A DNA stretch of 64,000 nt, from the NCBI GenBank assembly GCA_038046805.1, contig JBBSVO010000001.1, positions 453 to 64,452 of the forward strand. Reading direction: 5' to 3'. Positions 39,454 through 49,533 of the stretch are shown in pieces (within the stretch, counting starts at the first letter, position 1; every line of letters begins with the position of its first letter). The notes under the pieces were generated by a model. The model saw only the letters and a program-made list of their open reading frames with translations. It did not search any database and was not told the origin of the DNA. This stretch comes from Candidatus Micrarchaeota archaeon (GTDB lineage: Archaea; Micrarchaeota; Micrarchaeia; Anstonellales; Bilamarchaeaceae). The translations under genes were made by a program, and so were the position numbers.

Positions 39454-39537
39454 GTTTCTATTCTGGAGATTTAGGGATAAGGCGATTAATTAAAGGGATA
39501 ATTGAAGGAATTTAACCGAAGTGGGTTGTGAGTTAAA

Positions 39538-40089
39538 ATGTCTATAAAATCTATTCAAAAACCTGCTCTCACAAATTTCTCCGGGACCATAATCGATCTG
39601 GAAACAATCGGTTCGTTTGATAGACAATATTCTGACAGCCGTGCATATGCAAACCATAAAATAGTTATCTTCGGAGCAATTTCAGGGGGCGCGTTAATCC
39701 AACATTACATTGATTCTTCGGAACACATCTCCCTGCTCGCAAGCGTAATTGAACAATTTCTTAATTCATTCCCGCGTCCATTCCATTCGTTCAACACACA
39801 TTTTGAAGTCGGAGTCCTTTCCCATGCACTCGGACGACGCATTACGTTCGAAAAGGAATTGAACCGCACGAAATATGAGAAAAAACAGCACGTGGTTATT
39901 GGTTTGGAAATTCCAGAGTATGAAGACCCGTTTTTTGGAGATGGATTCAAATGCATGGAGGCATGGAAAACTGGTGTTGAGGGGGTACAAAAGGCGCTTG
40001 CGCATAATCGGGCGTGCCTTCTAAAGGAGCGGGATATCCTACTGAAGCGGGGTTCGAGGGAACCGGAACCTATAGAGATACGATTTTGA
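39538..40089 (+). CDS. DEDD/RNase H-like exonuclease (YprB/RNase_H_2-like)
   Basis: IIDLETIG, SFNTHFE, AHNRACL. Confidence 0.55.
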   Translation: MSIKSIQKPALTNFSGTIIDLETIGSFDRQYSDSRAYANHKIVIFGAISGGALIQHYIDSSEHISLLASVIEQFLNSFPRPFHSFNTHFEVGVLSHALGRRITFEKELNRTKYEKKQHVVIGLEIPEYEDPFFGDGFKCMEAWKTGVEGVQKALAHNRACLLKERDILLKRGSREPEPIEIRF

Positions 40090-40103
40090 TAGATTATTTG
40101 TTC

Positions 40104-41207
40104 TTAAACCAATCTGGTAGCGCTTCCAACAATCTCAATTCCATCACCAGTTTGCGTCGGGTCGCCTGGTTTAACGAACTCACATGTACGTCTGTAAACA
40201 TATGGAAACAGATCCTGAAGCACTTTCACCATTGTCTCTCCTGTTTGCGAAGTGCTTGTGCAACAACCACTTGTTGGCTCTTTTAGATAAAATGTGCCAT
40301 TTATCTGCATGGCACCATATAATCCGCGCAATATCATTTCAATTTCTTGCACATTAAACATATGAACAAATATTTCCGAATTCAGAAGGCCGAATGATCC
40401 TGATCCCAGATTGAACTCACGTACATCCCGTTCACAAACAACTACATCCTTCCGTTCCTTTAATCTTATATACGTCCTAAGGATCTCAGCAGTTAATGGA
40501 TGGTTATCAACCAGTATATTTCCTCGTCTTCCAGATGCTTCAACCTGAATCAATCCGTTGAGGCCGCATCCTATGGAAAGCACTGGGCCATTTGGTTGAT
40601 ATGACGAGATTCGTGCATATTGCTCTAATCTTTCATTTAATCTTCGAGATAATAATCTAAATACTGCATTCTGCAAATCTTCAACAAATAGTTTAGCAAC
40701 GAGCATCACAGTCTTGTCAAAAACTTCTGCGCAAATTCTGTGGTTATCCTTAAGAAAATTCAATAATGTTGCGAATTCGGTTACTAAGACTTTATGGATT
40801 TTTGATAAAATTAAGTTTTCATCTGGCTTAATGACCTGGTTATGAGGTGGCGTCATTTCATAGAACATTAAGAATTCGAAAAATTCTTCCCCGGAAACTC
40901 GGCCGTATTCATACTTATCTACACCAGCCCTTGTGAAGAAATATGCGATTTCAGGAAAACTCGAACCTGCAAAAGGATGGCATTTGATATCAAATGTTTT
41001 CATCAAGGCAAATGCAAGCGTATATGGTGCTAATGCTGAAAAACCAGTTGGATTTGGAACATACGGACGAAGTATAGAACGCACCTGTTCTGCCTCAGCC
41101 TCTGCTGGCTGTTGGACAAGCAAACGCGAACTGGAATGAGTGGTCTGTCTGAACAAGTCAATCGCCTGTCTAAATATCAGTGGTGCAGTACTAGTTTTGA
41201 GAAGCAT
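40104..41207 (-). CDS. hypothetical protein with C-terminal class I SAM-methyltransferase-like domain
   Basis: VLSIGCGLNG, ILVDN, RDVRE, GTFYLKE. Confidence 0.55.
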   Translation of the reverse strand: MLLKTSTAPLIFRQAIDLFRQTTHSSSRLLVQQPAEAEAEQVRSILRPYVPNPTGFSALAPYTLAFALMKTFDIKCHPFAGSSFPEIAYFFTRAGVDKYEYGRVSGEEFFEFLMFYEMTPPHNQVIKPDENLILSKIHKVLVTEFATLLNFLKDNHRICAEVFDKTVMLVAKLFVEDLQNAVFRLLSRRLNERLEQYARISSYQPNGPVLSIGCGLNGLIQVEASGRRGNILVDNHPLTAEILRTYIRLKERKDVVVCERDVREFNLGSGSFGLLNSEIFVHMFNVQEIEMILRGLYGAMQINGTFYLKEPTSGCCTSTSQTGETMVKVLQDLFPYVYRRTCEFVKPGDPTQTGDGIEIVGSATRLV

Positions 41208-41304
41208 AATAACCCATGTGTCCGCAAATGGTTATAAATATGTGTATTCGAACTGAGTAATCTGGTTGGAATAGAATAAAAACCTGATTTCCGAATGGGA
41301 ATGC

Positions 41305-42423
41305 ATGGTTGCTGATTTTGAAGTCACCCCCTGGGAAGTTTCAGGAAAGATTGATTACGACAAGCTCATCCGCGAATTTGGATTGCAGCAGCTGCATTCC
41401 ATACCAAAGGAATTCGAGAAATCTGTATTGTTTAGAAGGGGGATTATATTTGCGCACAGGGATTTGAAACAGATAATTGATGCAATTGCTCAGAAAAAAC
41501 CATTTGTCATGATGACTGGCCTTATGCCGTCTGGTAAATTTCATTTTGGCCATAAAATGGTGGCCGAACAGATTATTTTTTATCAGTCACTGGGTGCAAA
41601 GATATATCTTGCAGTAGCGGATGTCGAGGCATACAATTCACGAAATCCGAATATGAAGGAATTGCGAGAAACCGCTATCCATGAGTATTTGCTTAATTAT
41701 ATTGCGCTTGGATTAAAACCTGAGAAATGCGATTTTTATTTCCAATCACAAAGAGCCAAAGATGGAAGAAAAGCAAATGCATATTACAGTCTTGCCTCAA
41801 TGCTCGCACGGCACGCAACATTCAATGAATTCAAGGCAATCTATGGGGATATTTCTCCTGGAAAAATGGTATCTGCATTATTACAAGCATCTGATATGCT
41901 TCATCCACAACTTCCGGAATTTGAAGGCGGACCTATACCGGTTATTGTACCGGTTGGCGCTGACCAGGATCCGCATCTGCGATTGGCACGCGATGTTTCC
42001 CAGCGGATTAAAGAGCATAAATTCATGCAAATAAGTTCTACTTATCATAAGTTCCTTCCGGGTTTGAAAGGCGGTAAGATGTCTTCATCTGACCCACTTT
42101 CATATATCTCTCTTACTGATAGCCCTGGTGAAGCAGAGTCAAAAATCAAGAAATACGCATTTTCAGGAGGCCAGCCAACAATTGAAGAGCACAGAAAGCT
42201 TGGAGGAAATCCAGATATTGATATCCCGTTCCAGATGCTGAAATACGGGCTGGAACCAGATGATGCAAAACTTAAGGCAATTGAGGATGATTACAGGTCA
42301 GGAAAATTACTTACTGGCGAATTAAAACAAATCGTTGCTGAAAATTTAATTAAATTCCTACAAGAGCACCAGAAAAAGAGAAAGCAGGCTGAAAAATCTG
42401 TTGGGAAGTTTATGTTTGGTTGA
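41305..42423 (+). CDS. trpS: tryptophanyl-tRNA synthetase
   Basis: VTPWEV, PSGKFHFGH, GADQDPH, KMSSS, YAFSGG. Confidence 0.96.
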   Translation: MVADFEVTPWEVSGKIDYDKLIREFGLQQLHSIPKEFEKSVLFRRGIIFAHRDLKQIIDAIAQKKPFVMMTGLMPSGKFHFGHKMVAEQIIFYQSLGAKIYLAVADVEAYNSRNPNMKELRETAIHEYLLNYIALGLKPEKCDFYFQSQRAKDGRKANAYYSLASMLARHATFNEFKAIYGDISPGKMVSALLQASDMLHPQLPEFEGGPIPVIVPVGADQDPHLRLARDVSQRIKEHKFMQISSTYHKFLPGLKGGKMSSSDPLSYISLTDSPGEAESKIKKYAFSGGQPTIEEHRKLGGNPDIDIPFQMLKYGLEPDDAKLKAIEDDYRSGKLLTGELKQIVAENLIKFLQEHQKKRKQAEKSVGKFMFG

Positions 42424-42437
42424 GCCCCTTTTTCTCT

Positions 42438-43220
42438 CTACACAACCTCAAATGTAATCTTCAGCCAGTACATTATCACAATTCCAAGAATCATCATTAC
42501 AAACTGGGCAATCGTCCTATTCAGGCTCGTTTCCTTGTGTAATGTCGGAATCAGGTCTGCACTTGCAATGTAAATAAATCCACCCGCAGCAATCGGAATG
42601 AGCATTGTTCCGAAAGCGGAAATACTGTTTATGAAATAATATGCGAGAATCGCCCCAAGAACTGCGAACAATGCGCTCCCTAAATTATAAAGAAGTGCCT
42701 TTTTCTTGTCCATTCCACTGTGAATTAGCACCCCGTAGTCTCCTATTTCCTGCGGAATTTCATGGATTACTATTGCGATTGTGCTTGCGATTCCAGTTCC
42801 TATTCCGGCACTAAATCCGGTTGCAATTACAATTCCGTCCATGAAATTGTGCACTGCATCCCCAACAATATTCAGGTATGCTGTTGGGTGGATTTTGCAT
42901 CCGTCTTTTTCCGCGTCCCCACTTTCATGGCAATGTCTCCAATGGACAAATTTTTCTATTATAAAAAAGATAATTATGCCAAGAAGAACATAGAGAAATA
43001 TTGGTAATATCCCGCCAGCAGCTGCTCCGCCCTCAGCCTCTTCAACGGCTTCAGGCAAAAGATGCAAAAATGCACTTCCGAGCATTGCCCCGGTTGCAAA
43101 ACTTACCAATAGAGAAATGATCTTTCCCATCAGCTTCTCCTTTAATCCAAGCACTGCTATTCCAATAAGAGAAATCAAGCTGACTGCGATTACTGAAATA
43201 AGAATGTACCAAAAAACCAT
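42438..43220 (-). CDS. ZIP family metal transporter
   Basis: HLLPEA, DAVHNFMDG, HEIPQEIGD, FIYIASADLIP. Confidence 0.93.
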   Translation of the reverse strand: MVFWYILISVIAVSLISLIGIAVLGLKEKLMGKIISLLVSFATGAMLGSAFLHLLPEAVEEAEGGAAAGGILPIFLYVLLGIIIFFIIEKFVHWRHCHESGDAEKDGCKIHPTAYLNIVGDAVHNFMDGIVIATGFSAGIGTGIASTIAIVIHEIPQEIGDYGVLIHSGMDKKKALLYNLGSALFAVLGAILAYYFINSISAFGTMLIPIAAGGFIYIASADLIPTLHKETSLNRTIAQFVMMILGIVIMYWLKITFEVV

Positions 43221-43256
43221 AAAATCACTATAAGGCATTGTGCCGCACGAATAATT

Positions 43257-43400
43257 TCAAATTCCTTCCCTTTGTTTTATGCAACTGCCGCACATCCATC
43301 CAGACCCATCACTGTTGCTATTGGTCAAGCTGAACTGACTATTCGGATTGACATAGAAAACAATTCCGTTGCTATATCCACAAGAGCCGCAACTCGGCAT
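43257..43400 (-). CDS. 47-aa Cys4 zinc-finger microprotein
   Basis: GGTGA RBS then MPSCGSCGYSNGIVFYVNPNSQFSLTNSNSDGSGWMCGSCIKQREGI (manual translation). Confidence 0.7.
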   Translation of the reverse strand: MPSCGSCGYSNGIVFYVNPNSQFSLTNSNSDGSGWMCGSCIKQREGI

Positions 43401-43443
43401 AGAATCACCAGAATACAAAGCCATCGCGGTTCTTTAATCTTTT

Positions 43444-44400
43444 CTATTTCGTCGTAATTTTATTCCCGTTTTCCGTTACGATTACAGTATGTTCAGCCTG
43501 TGAAACCAGTCCATTACCGCCATCTCTAAGAACAGGGTATCCCCGTATTATTTGGGCCTCAAGCATTTCCTTCAATGCCGCGCTTACAAGGAGCTTTGAT
43601 TTGAATTCCGGGTTTTTTCTTACCCATCTCTCTGCAAAGGGCATAACTCCAAAATTTTCTAAGATATATTGAAGTATTTTTCTGCTTTGCCTCATTCGTA
43701 CCTGATGTGGAATATATAATCCGAATATTTCTACCTGCTCTAAATCAGTTACAAATCCGCTTCCGGTTGTTGCAAACGGTTCAACTGCGAAAATATCTCC
43801 GACCTGAAACTCGTAATTATCATTTGTTTTGATATTCGGAATTTCAACACCCGCGTGAAGTTCGTTTGTTTTTATCATGTGCCCGGTCAGGTTGCTGATG
43901 GGCTTAAAACCCCGTGCCCGGATTTTTTCCTCGATTATCCCGCCGATATCCCCAACATTTGCCCCGGGTTTTATTGCCCCAAGCGCAGCTGCCAGGGCCT
44001 CTTCGCTTGCCTTAACAAGGGAATCGTGCCTTCCATCATCAGAAAGGTCAATAGTATAAGCCGTATCTGCTATCGCACCGTTTAGATAAGTGCCAAGGTC
44101 TATTTTTACAATACTGTTCTCCTCCAGTGTTCTTGTGCAATCAAATTCCGGAGTATAATGCGCTGCGATTTCGTTTATTGAAATATTGACTGGAAATGCC
44201 ATTTCCGCGCCTTCATCATTTATCATCTGTTCAACGGTCTCAGCAATATCTAACAATGGTTCACCAATCATAATCAGTTTTTTGCTGTCTTCCCGCACGC
44301 GTGAGGCTATCTTGCCGGCTTCCTCAAATTCGCTGAGGCTGGCTTCGTGGGAGCAATCCTCCGAGTGAATGTGCTTGTCAGAATGTTCGTCTTCTTCCAT
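43444..44400 (-). CDS. map: methionine aminopeptidase type II
   Basis: AFPVNISINEIAAHYTP, KIDLG, DTAYT, NLTGH, AVEPFAT, QAEHT. Confidence 0.96.
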   Translation of the reverse strand: MEEDEHSDKHIHSEDCSHEASLSEFEEAGKIASRVREDSKKLIMIGEPLLDIAETVEQMINDEGAEMAFPVNISINEIAAHYTPEFDCTRTLEENSIVKIDLGTYLNGAIADTAYTIDLSDDGRHDSLVKASEEALAAALGAIKPGANVGDIGGIIEEKIRARGFKPISNLTGHMIKTNELHAGVEIPNIKTNDNYEFQVGDIFAVEPFATTGSGFVTDLEQVEIFGLYIPHQVRMRQSRKILQYILENFGVMPFAERWVRKNPEFKSKLLVSAALKEMLEAQIIRGYPVLRDGGNGLVSQAEHTVIVTENGNKITTK

Positions 44401-44515
44401 AATGTAATTTTTGTCGGATTGGATTAAAAAACGATTGCACCTGCAGAACAAATCGGAGATGCGCAAAGGTCGGAGCCAACCCCTCTTGGTAAGACATATA
44501 ACTTTAGTCCTATAG

Positions 44516-45430
44516 TCACCCAATAGCGCTCAGCCATAAATCCAGCGCATTTTCTACATTGTTTGCAATAAATGTGGTTATTGGGTACAGGTCCCCAGCA
44601 TCTGCTTTCTCCAATGCTGTGTAATACGAACGCCTTTGAGTTTTTAGCAGCACGATCGGAGGGAAACCGCCCCTCATTAACTTAAGGTTGAGCAAAAGTC
44701 TTGAAACCCTTCCGTTACCATCCGTAAATGGGTGAATCCAGGTTAAACGATGGTGGATTCGAGCAGCAGTTTTTACTATTTCTATATCTCTTTCGTTTTT
44801 ATTCATCATTTTATTTACTTCTTTCATTAATTCTGCCACTTTTTCGGCTGGCGGTGGCACGTGTACTGCCCCCTCAATATAAACCTGATGTTGACGGTAT
44901 TTACCAGCAATACTTTCATCAATTTTTTCCATTACCAGCTTATGGAGTTCGAGCAGGTCTTCCCTCGAAATCTTATGTTTTGCATCAACTAACGTGTCCA
45001 AATGTTGTATTGCTTCCAGATGATTCTTTGCTTCCAGATGCTCCTGCAAGCTCTTACCTCCGATTGTTACACCCCTCCTGAGCACAAGCCACGTCTCCCT
45101 CAAGGTCAGTCGATTACCTTCAATGGCATTTGAGTTATACGTCATATCGACTTCAAATTTTTCTTTTAGTTTTTTTACTGCGGTTTCCGGAAGCGGTCTT
45201 AGTGAATTAAGCCGTTTTAGTTTTTCTTCGATTTTCTTCTCAAGAGAATGCGGAATGACGTTTTCCGTTTCTATCTTTCGGATTCCCTTTTTTTCACAAT
45301 AAAGATTTGCCGCTTCCAATGTTGGGAAATATTCGAGTACTTTCTGAACACTCTTGCCATTTTCCCATGCGCTTTCAACAAGTTCATAGTAAAACGTGCT
45401 CCCTCTTTTCTTTCTTCTTATAAATGCCAT
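44516..45430 (-). CDS. Fic family protein
   Basis: YNSNAIEGN, IHPFTDGNGRVSR. Confidence 0.93.
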   Translation of the reverse strand: MAFIRRKKRGSTFYYELVESAWENGKSVQKVLEYFPTLEAANLYCEKKGIRKIETENVIPHSLEKKIEEKLKRLNSLRPLPETAVKKLKEKFEVDMTYNSNAIEGNRLTLRETWLVLRRGVTIGGKSLQEHLEAKNHLEAIQHLDTLVDAKHKISREDLLELHKLVMEKIDESIAGKYRQHQVYIEGAVHVPPPAEKVAELMKEVNKMMNKNERDIEIVKTAARIHHRLTWIHPFTDGNGRVSRLLLNLKLMRGGFPPIVLLKTQRRSYYTALEKADAGDLYPITTFIANNVENALDLWLSAIG

Positions 45431-45540
45431 GCATAAACCTAGTGGGGAAGTATTTTTAATATTTCCTATTTTTTGTAGGCAGCAGGAAAAAGCAATTGCG
45501 GCACAACAAATATTAATCTCCTTCAGCATATTCCTTTCAT

Positions 45541-48126
45541 ATGACAACCGTAGTGGAACTCATCCGCGAGCGTTTCGGTTCCCTTACCGAAATACAAAAG
45601 CTCACGATGCCGAAAATACTTGCAGGCGAGAATGTGCTTGTACTGGCACCCACTGGCAGCGGCAAGACCGAGGCAGTTATTTTGCCAATTTTGGAGAAAA
45701 TTGACCGCGCCGCACCTGGAATCCAGGCACTCTACATAACTCCTCTTCGCAGCCTTAATCGCGACCTTCTCAAGCGTTTTTCATGGTGGTGCGAACGGCT
45801 CGGTATTTCCCATGCAGTGCGTCATGGTGATACAACCCAGTCCGAGCGGGATGCTCATAGGAAAAATCCACCACAGATTCTGCTGACTACGTGCGAATCG
45901 CTTCAGGCACTTCTTGTAGCTCCAATCATGCGTCGCCATATCACCAGAGTTCGTTTCGTAATCTGCGATGAAATCCATGACATTCTTGACAACAAGCGCG
46001 GGGCACAGCTTTCTCTTGGGCTAGAGCGACTTTCCGAAATTGCCAAATTCCAAAGAATCGGGATAACCGCGACCGTTGCAAATGAGCGCGAGGCAGCAGC
46101 CCTTTTATTCGGTTCCGGAAATTCAGAGAATCAGGAATATGAAATCGCCGAGACGGGTAAAGGAAGAAAATTCGAGCTGGAAATATGCGATGTAACGGAC
46201 CGCCCTGCGCGCATAGTGCGAATAAAAAAAGAATCCGAAACCCACCGCTCGCTTATTTTCGTAAATACCAGAAGCACTGCCGAGGAATTAGGCGCGGACT
46301 TACGCGCTGCCGGAGCCCCGATTGAAGTCCATCACGGTTCTCTTTCAAAAGAGGTCCGTATTTCCGCTGAGGATAAATTTAAATCTGGAGAAATCCGTTC
46401 CCTTCTGGCAACATCTTCCCTCGAACTCGGAATAGATATCGGGGATATAGATCTGATGATTCAATTCAATTCTCCTCGTCAGGCATTCCGTCTTCTTCAG
46501 CGTATAGGAAGAAGCGGGCATGCGCTTGACAAAACCCCCAAAGGAATAATCATCCCGGAAAATCTTGACGAGTTTATCGAGGCAACCGCGATACAAATTC
46601 GTGCTGAAAACGGATGGATGGAAAACAAATTGGTTGAACGCGGAGCACTAGATGTTATTGCACACCAAGTTGTTGGTTTGCTGCTTGAATACGGACGAAC
46701 CGAACTCTCGGCAATTCACAAAATTCTTTCCCGCTCGTGTGCATACTCAATCGGAATCCAGAAACTTAAGAAAATAGCGCTCCAGCTTCACGATGAAGGT
46801 CTTATCTACTGCGATGACGTATCAGAGAATGACGCAAATCTCAAGGCAACCTCCCGTGCACGTGAATATTATTTTTCAAACCTTTCAACGATTCCAAAAG
46901 AGCGCCGCTTCCTTCTCAGGGACCTTTCCTCTAATCGTCCAATCGCCTCGCTTGGGGAAGAATTCGTTTCAAATCTTGATGAAGGAACAAGCTTTCTTTC
47001 AAAAGGCCAGCCCTGGCGCGTAATTGATATAACCGAAACTGAAATAATCGCTGAACCGAGTTTTGCAACCGATATCGCGATTCCAGAATGGGCAGGGGAG
47101 GATATCCCGGTTGATTTTGAGATTGCACAGGACGTCGGAAGATTAAGAAGAGGATATTCAGGCGAGGATGCAAAATCTGACTTAAGCCATCCGAACATTG
47201 TCATTGAAATCATCGAAGACCTTGTAATAATCCATTCTTGTTCTGGCACACGGGTAAACCAATCCCTTGCCCGCATTCTTTCATTTAAGATTTCAGAACT
47301 GGTCGGGGAATCGGTGCGTGCGGTCGCGGACCCGTACAGGGTAATAATGAAGTTTCCTTACCCTCTGGATGAAAAACATATTCGAAGTGCTTTGCTTTCT
47401 GTTGGTTCTGTTCAATCCGTGCTTGAAGAAAGCATTCACAATTCCTCTTTATTGCGGAACAAATTCATAAATTCCGCCCGTTTATTCGGTCTTCTCGGTG
47501 AAAACTCATCCATGAACAGTCGTTTGATAAATTTCATGCGCAACTCAGTAGTCTATGAAGAGGCGATGCGTTCAATCTTCTTCAGGTATTTTGATGCCGG
47601 GCGCACGCAACAACTTCTGGATTCAATCAGGAGCGGTTCAACAAAACTCATAATTGACAAAAGGAAAAATCCAAGCAAATTTGCAGAGCTTGGAATCTCC
47701 CGAGCCAGCGGAAAGGGTGGCGGCGAGGCAGTGGGTGGATTTGAGCCGCGCGCACAGATGATTGCGGCATTAAGGGACCGCACCTTGACAAAAACACTCC
47801 AGCTCCAGTGCTTTTCCTGCGGCTCAACCCAGTTCCTTCATCTCGCAGGCGCCCCGGATTTCCCGAAATGCCACAGGTGCAAAGCTGGTTCGCTGTTCAT
47901 TATGTCTGAGAAGTTTCAAAAGCCCCAGACGGAAAAAGAATACGAATCCGGTTTAATCCGCAATTTCGGAAAGCGCGGCCTTTTTGCCCTGTCCTGCTAC
48001 GGCATCGGCGCACGCACAGCAGATACAATCCTTGGCCGCCTTCCAAAGGATGATGAAACCTTCTGGTGGTCGATTCTTGAAGCCCAGAGGAATTTCGCGA
48101 AGAATAAGAAATATTGGAAGATATAG
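45541..48126 (+). CDS. lhr: Lhr-like SF2 helicase
   Basis: APTGSGKT, DEIH, HHGSLS, TSSLELGIDIG, QRIGRSGH, C-terminal CxxC..CxxC. Confidence 0.92.
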   Translation: MTTVVELIRERFGSLTEIQKLTMPKILAGENVLVLAPTGSGKTEAVILPILEKIDRAAPGIQALYITPLRSLNRDLLKRFSWWCERLGISHAVRHGDTTQSERDAHRKNPPQILLTTCESLQALLVAPIMRRHITRVRFVICDEIHDILDNKRGAQLSLGLERLSEIAKFQRIGITATVANEREAAALLFGSGNSENQEYEIAETGKGRKFELEICDVTDRPARIVRIKKESETHRSLIFVNTRSTAEELGADLRAAGAPIEVHHGSLSKEVRISAEDKFKSGEIRSLLATSSLELGIDIGDIDLMIQFNSPRQAFRLLQRIGRSGHALDKTPKGIIIPENLDEFIEATAIQIRAENGWMENKLVERGALDVIAHQVVGLLLEYGRTELSAIHKILSRSCAYSIGIQKLKKIALQLHDEGLIYCDDVSENDANLKATSRAREYYFSNLSTIPKERRFLLRDLSSNRPIASLGEEFVSNLDEGTSFLSKGQPWRVIDITETEIIAEPSFATDIAIPEWAGEDIPVDFEIAQDVGRLRRGYSGEDAKSDLSHPNIVIEIIEDLVIIHSCSGTRVNQSLARILSFKISELVGESVRAVADPYRVIMKFPYPLDEKHIRSALLSVGSVQSVLEESIHNSSLLRNKFINSARLFGLLGENSSMNSRLINFMRNSVVYEEAMRSIFFRYFDAGRTQQLLDSIRSGSTKLIIDKRKNPSKFAELGISRASGKGGGEAVGGFEPRAQMIAALRDRTLTKTLQLQCFSCGSTQFLHLAGAPDFPKCHRCKAGSLFIMSEKFQKPQTEKEYESGLIRNFGKRGLFALSCYGIGARTADTILGRLPKDDETFWWSILEAQRNFAKNKKYWKI
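48085..48125 (+). repeat. 41-bp direct repeat, copy 1 (3' end of lhr)
   Basis: 36/41 identical to 49469-49509. Confidence 0.85.
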
Positions 48127-48171
48127 CCTGCCATTGAATGGCAGTAAACCTGTTATCCGAGATACAAACCG

Positions 48172-48198
48172 ATAAGATTAAAAATAGTTCAATCTTAT
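48172..48198. promoter_or_regulatory. inverted repeat overlapping the promoter of the toxin gene
   Basis: ataagatt-N11-aatcttat. Confidence 0.45.
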
Positions 48199-48206
48199 AA
48201 TACTGT

Positions 48207-48881
48207 ATGGATATATTTACAAGATGGAACTGGATAAAGCGAAATTGGCAATACGTGCTAGGAGAAGCGCAGCATCTTGGGTTGGTTTTCGTAGGAGGGA
48301 CTGCCATTAATCTGGTTATTTTTGACGAATATCGTGCATCCGAGGATATAGATCTGTATAACCCGGATTCAAAAGGGCCTGATAATCCCAATGGAAAAAG
48401 CGAAGAAGAGCTTGCGAAAATCCTGAGTGAACTGCTTGCCAAAAAAGGATTTGAAATCAAGGACGCAAAAGGCAGGATGTTTTATATCGGGCCAAACATA
48501 CGAGTCGAGATCTTCCATGATGCTACTCCGTTCAGGAAAATTAATGCGATTGAAATGGACGGAACAAAATTCAATGTCTTTGATGCAAACACTTATGCAG
48601 AAATGAAGATGGCCGCTCTTTTGTGCAGAACAATCTATGACCCGCGGGACCTTGTGGACGTGTTTGTTATCCATGAGCGCGGAAAAATTACTCTTCCAAT
48701 GCCTGACAGGGAATGCGAAATGCTTGAGCATTCATTCAGCAAAAGATTGGCCGAGATAAAGAAAACCGGGCTTAAGGACCTTCTTCTGTTTCAAAGCAAG
48801 GAACAGATAGATTCCCTGCCTTATGAAAAATTCAAGGAATTCAAGAGGTGGTTAGTTGAGTGGCTATCAAAATTTTTATAG
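48207..48881 (+). CDS. AbiEii-like nucleotidyltransferase toxin
   Basis: FVGGTAI..YRASEDIDL, KMAAL..R..PRDLVD. Confidence 0.88.
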   Translation: MDIFTRWNWIKRNWQYVLGEAQHLGLVFVGGTAINLVIFDEYRASEDIDLYNPDSKGPDNPNGKSEEELAKILSELLAKKGFEIKDAKGRMFYIGPNIRVEIFHDATPFRKINAIEMDGTKFNVFDANTYAEMKMAALLCRTIYDPRDLVDVFVIHERGKITLPMPDRECEMLEHSFSKRLAEIKKTGLKDLLLFQSKEQIDSLPYEKFKEFKRWLVEWLSKFL

Positions 48882-49452
48882 GCTGTTTAAGCCAAAAACG
48901 TTTGTTGCTTCCAAAGAGATAGCATCAAAATTCAAATTGCAAAATGCGCTCGCTTCCAACTTCGTAATCCCATCCTTTTTCAAAGGAGTGTATTATGTTC
49001 CATCTCAGAGGGAAAGAAAAGGCAGGTTTATAGAAAAACCCTCAGAATTTTTCATCGACCTTTTCAATTTCATCTACGGGCAGAGCGGATGGTATTGGTC
49101 TTTGTCAACCGCGGCAAGGTTTTATGGCCTTGAATGGAGCTCTGGCAGGATTCTGGAAGTGGTTGTCGCCATCAAATCAAAAAAAATAGACATCGTTGCA
49201 AGGGTGGCTTCGCTGGAGAATAAAAAATCATATCGCTCCAAGGTTCTTTCAGGAATTTTATCCACGCTTGGCATAAATTTTGTAATAATACATAAGGGCA
49301 AAAAAGATTCTCTAAAGGAAGTAACGTTTGATTCGGAAATCGGATCTGTTGCGACAAAAAGCCGAATGATAAAAGACATAGAATTATTCCTGTCAAAAAC
49401 AAGATCGAGGCCACAGAGAAGGCTGTATCGCGCGATTATTTCCAGAATTTGA
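48856..49452 (+). CDS. putative AbiEi-like antitoxin
   Basis: Basic; FKGVYYVP, WYWSLSTAARFYG; overlaps toxin gene. Confidence 0.6.
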   Translation: MSGYQNFYRLFKPKTFVASKEIASKFKLQNALASNFVIPSFFKGVYYVPSQRERKGRFIEKPSEFFIDLFNFIYGQSGWYWSLSTAARFYGLEWSSGRILEVVVAIKSKKIDIVARVASLENKKSYRSKVLSGILSTLGINFVIIHKGKKDSLKEVTFDSEIGSVATKSRMIKDIELFLSKTRSRPQRRLYRAIISRI

Positions 49453-49468
49453 ATATCTGCCCAGGGTA

Positions 49469-49509
49469 CAGAAGAATTTTATGAAGAATAAGAAGTATTG
49501 GAAGATATA
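49469..49509 (+). repeat. 41-bp direct repeat, copy 2 (displaced lhr 3' end)
   Basis: Encodes QKNFMKNKKYWKI vs QRNFAKNKKYWKI in lhr. Confidence 0.85.
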
Positions 49510-49533
49510 TTTAACTACTGAATTTTCTATAAT

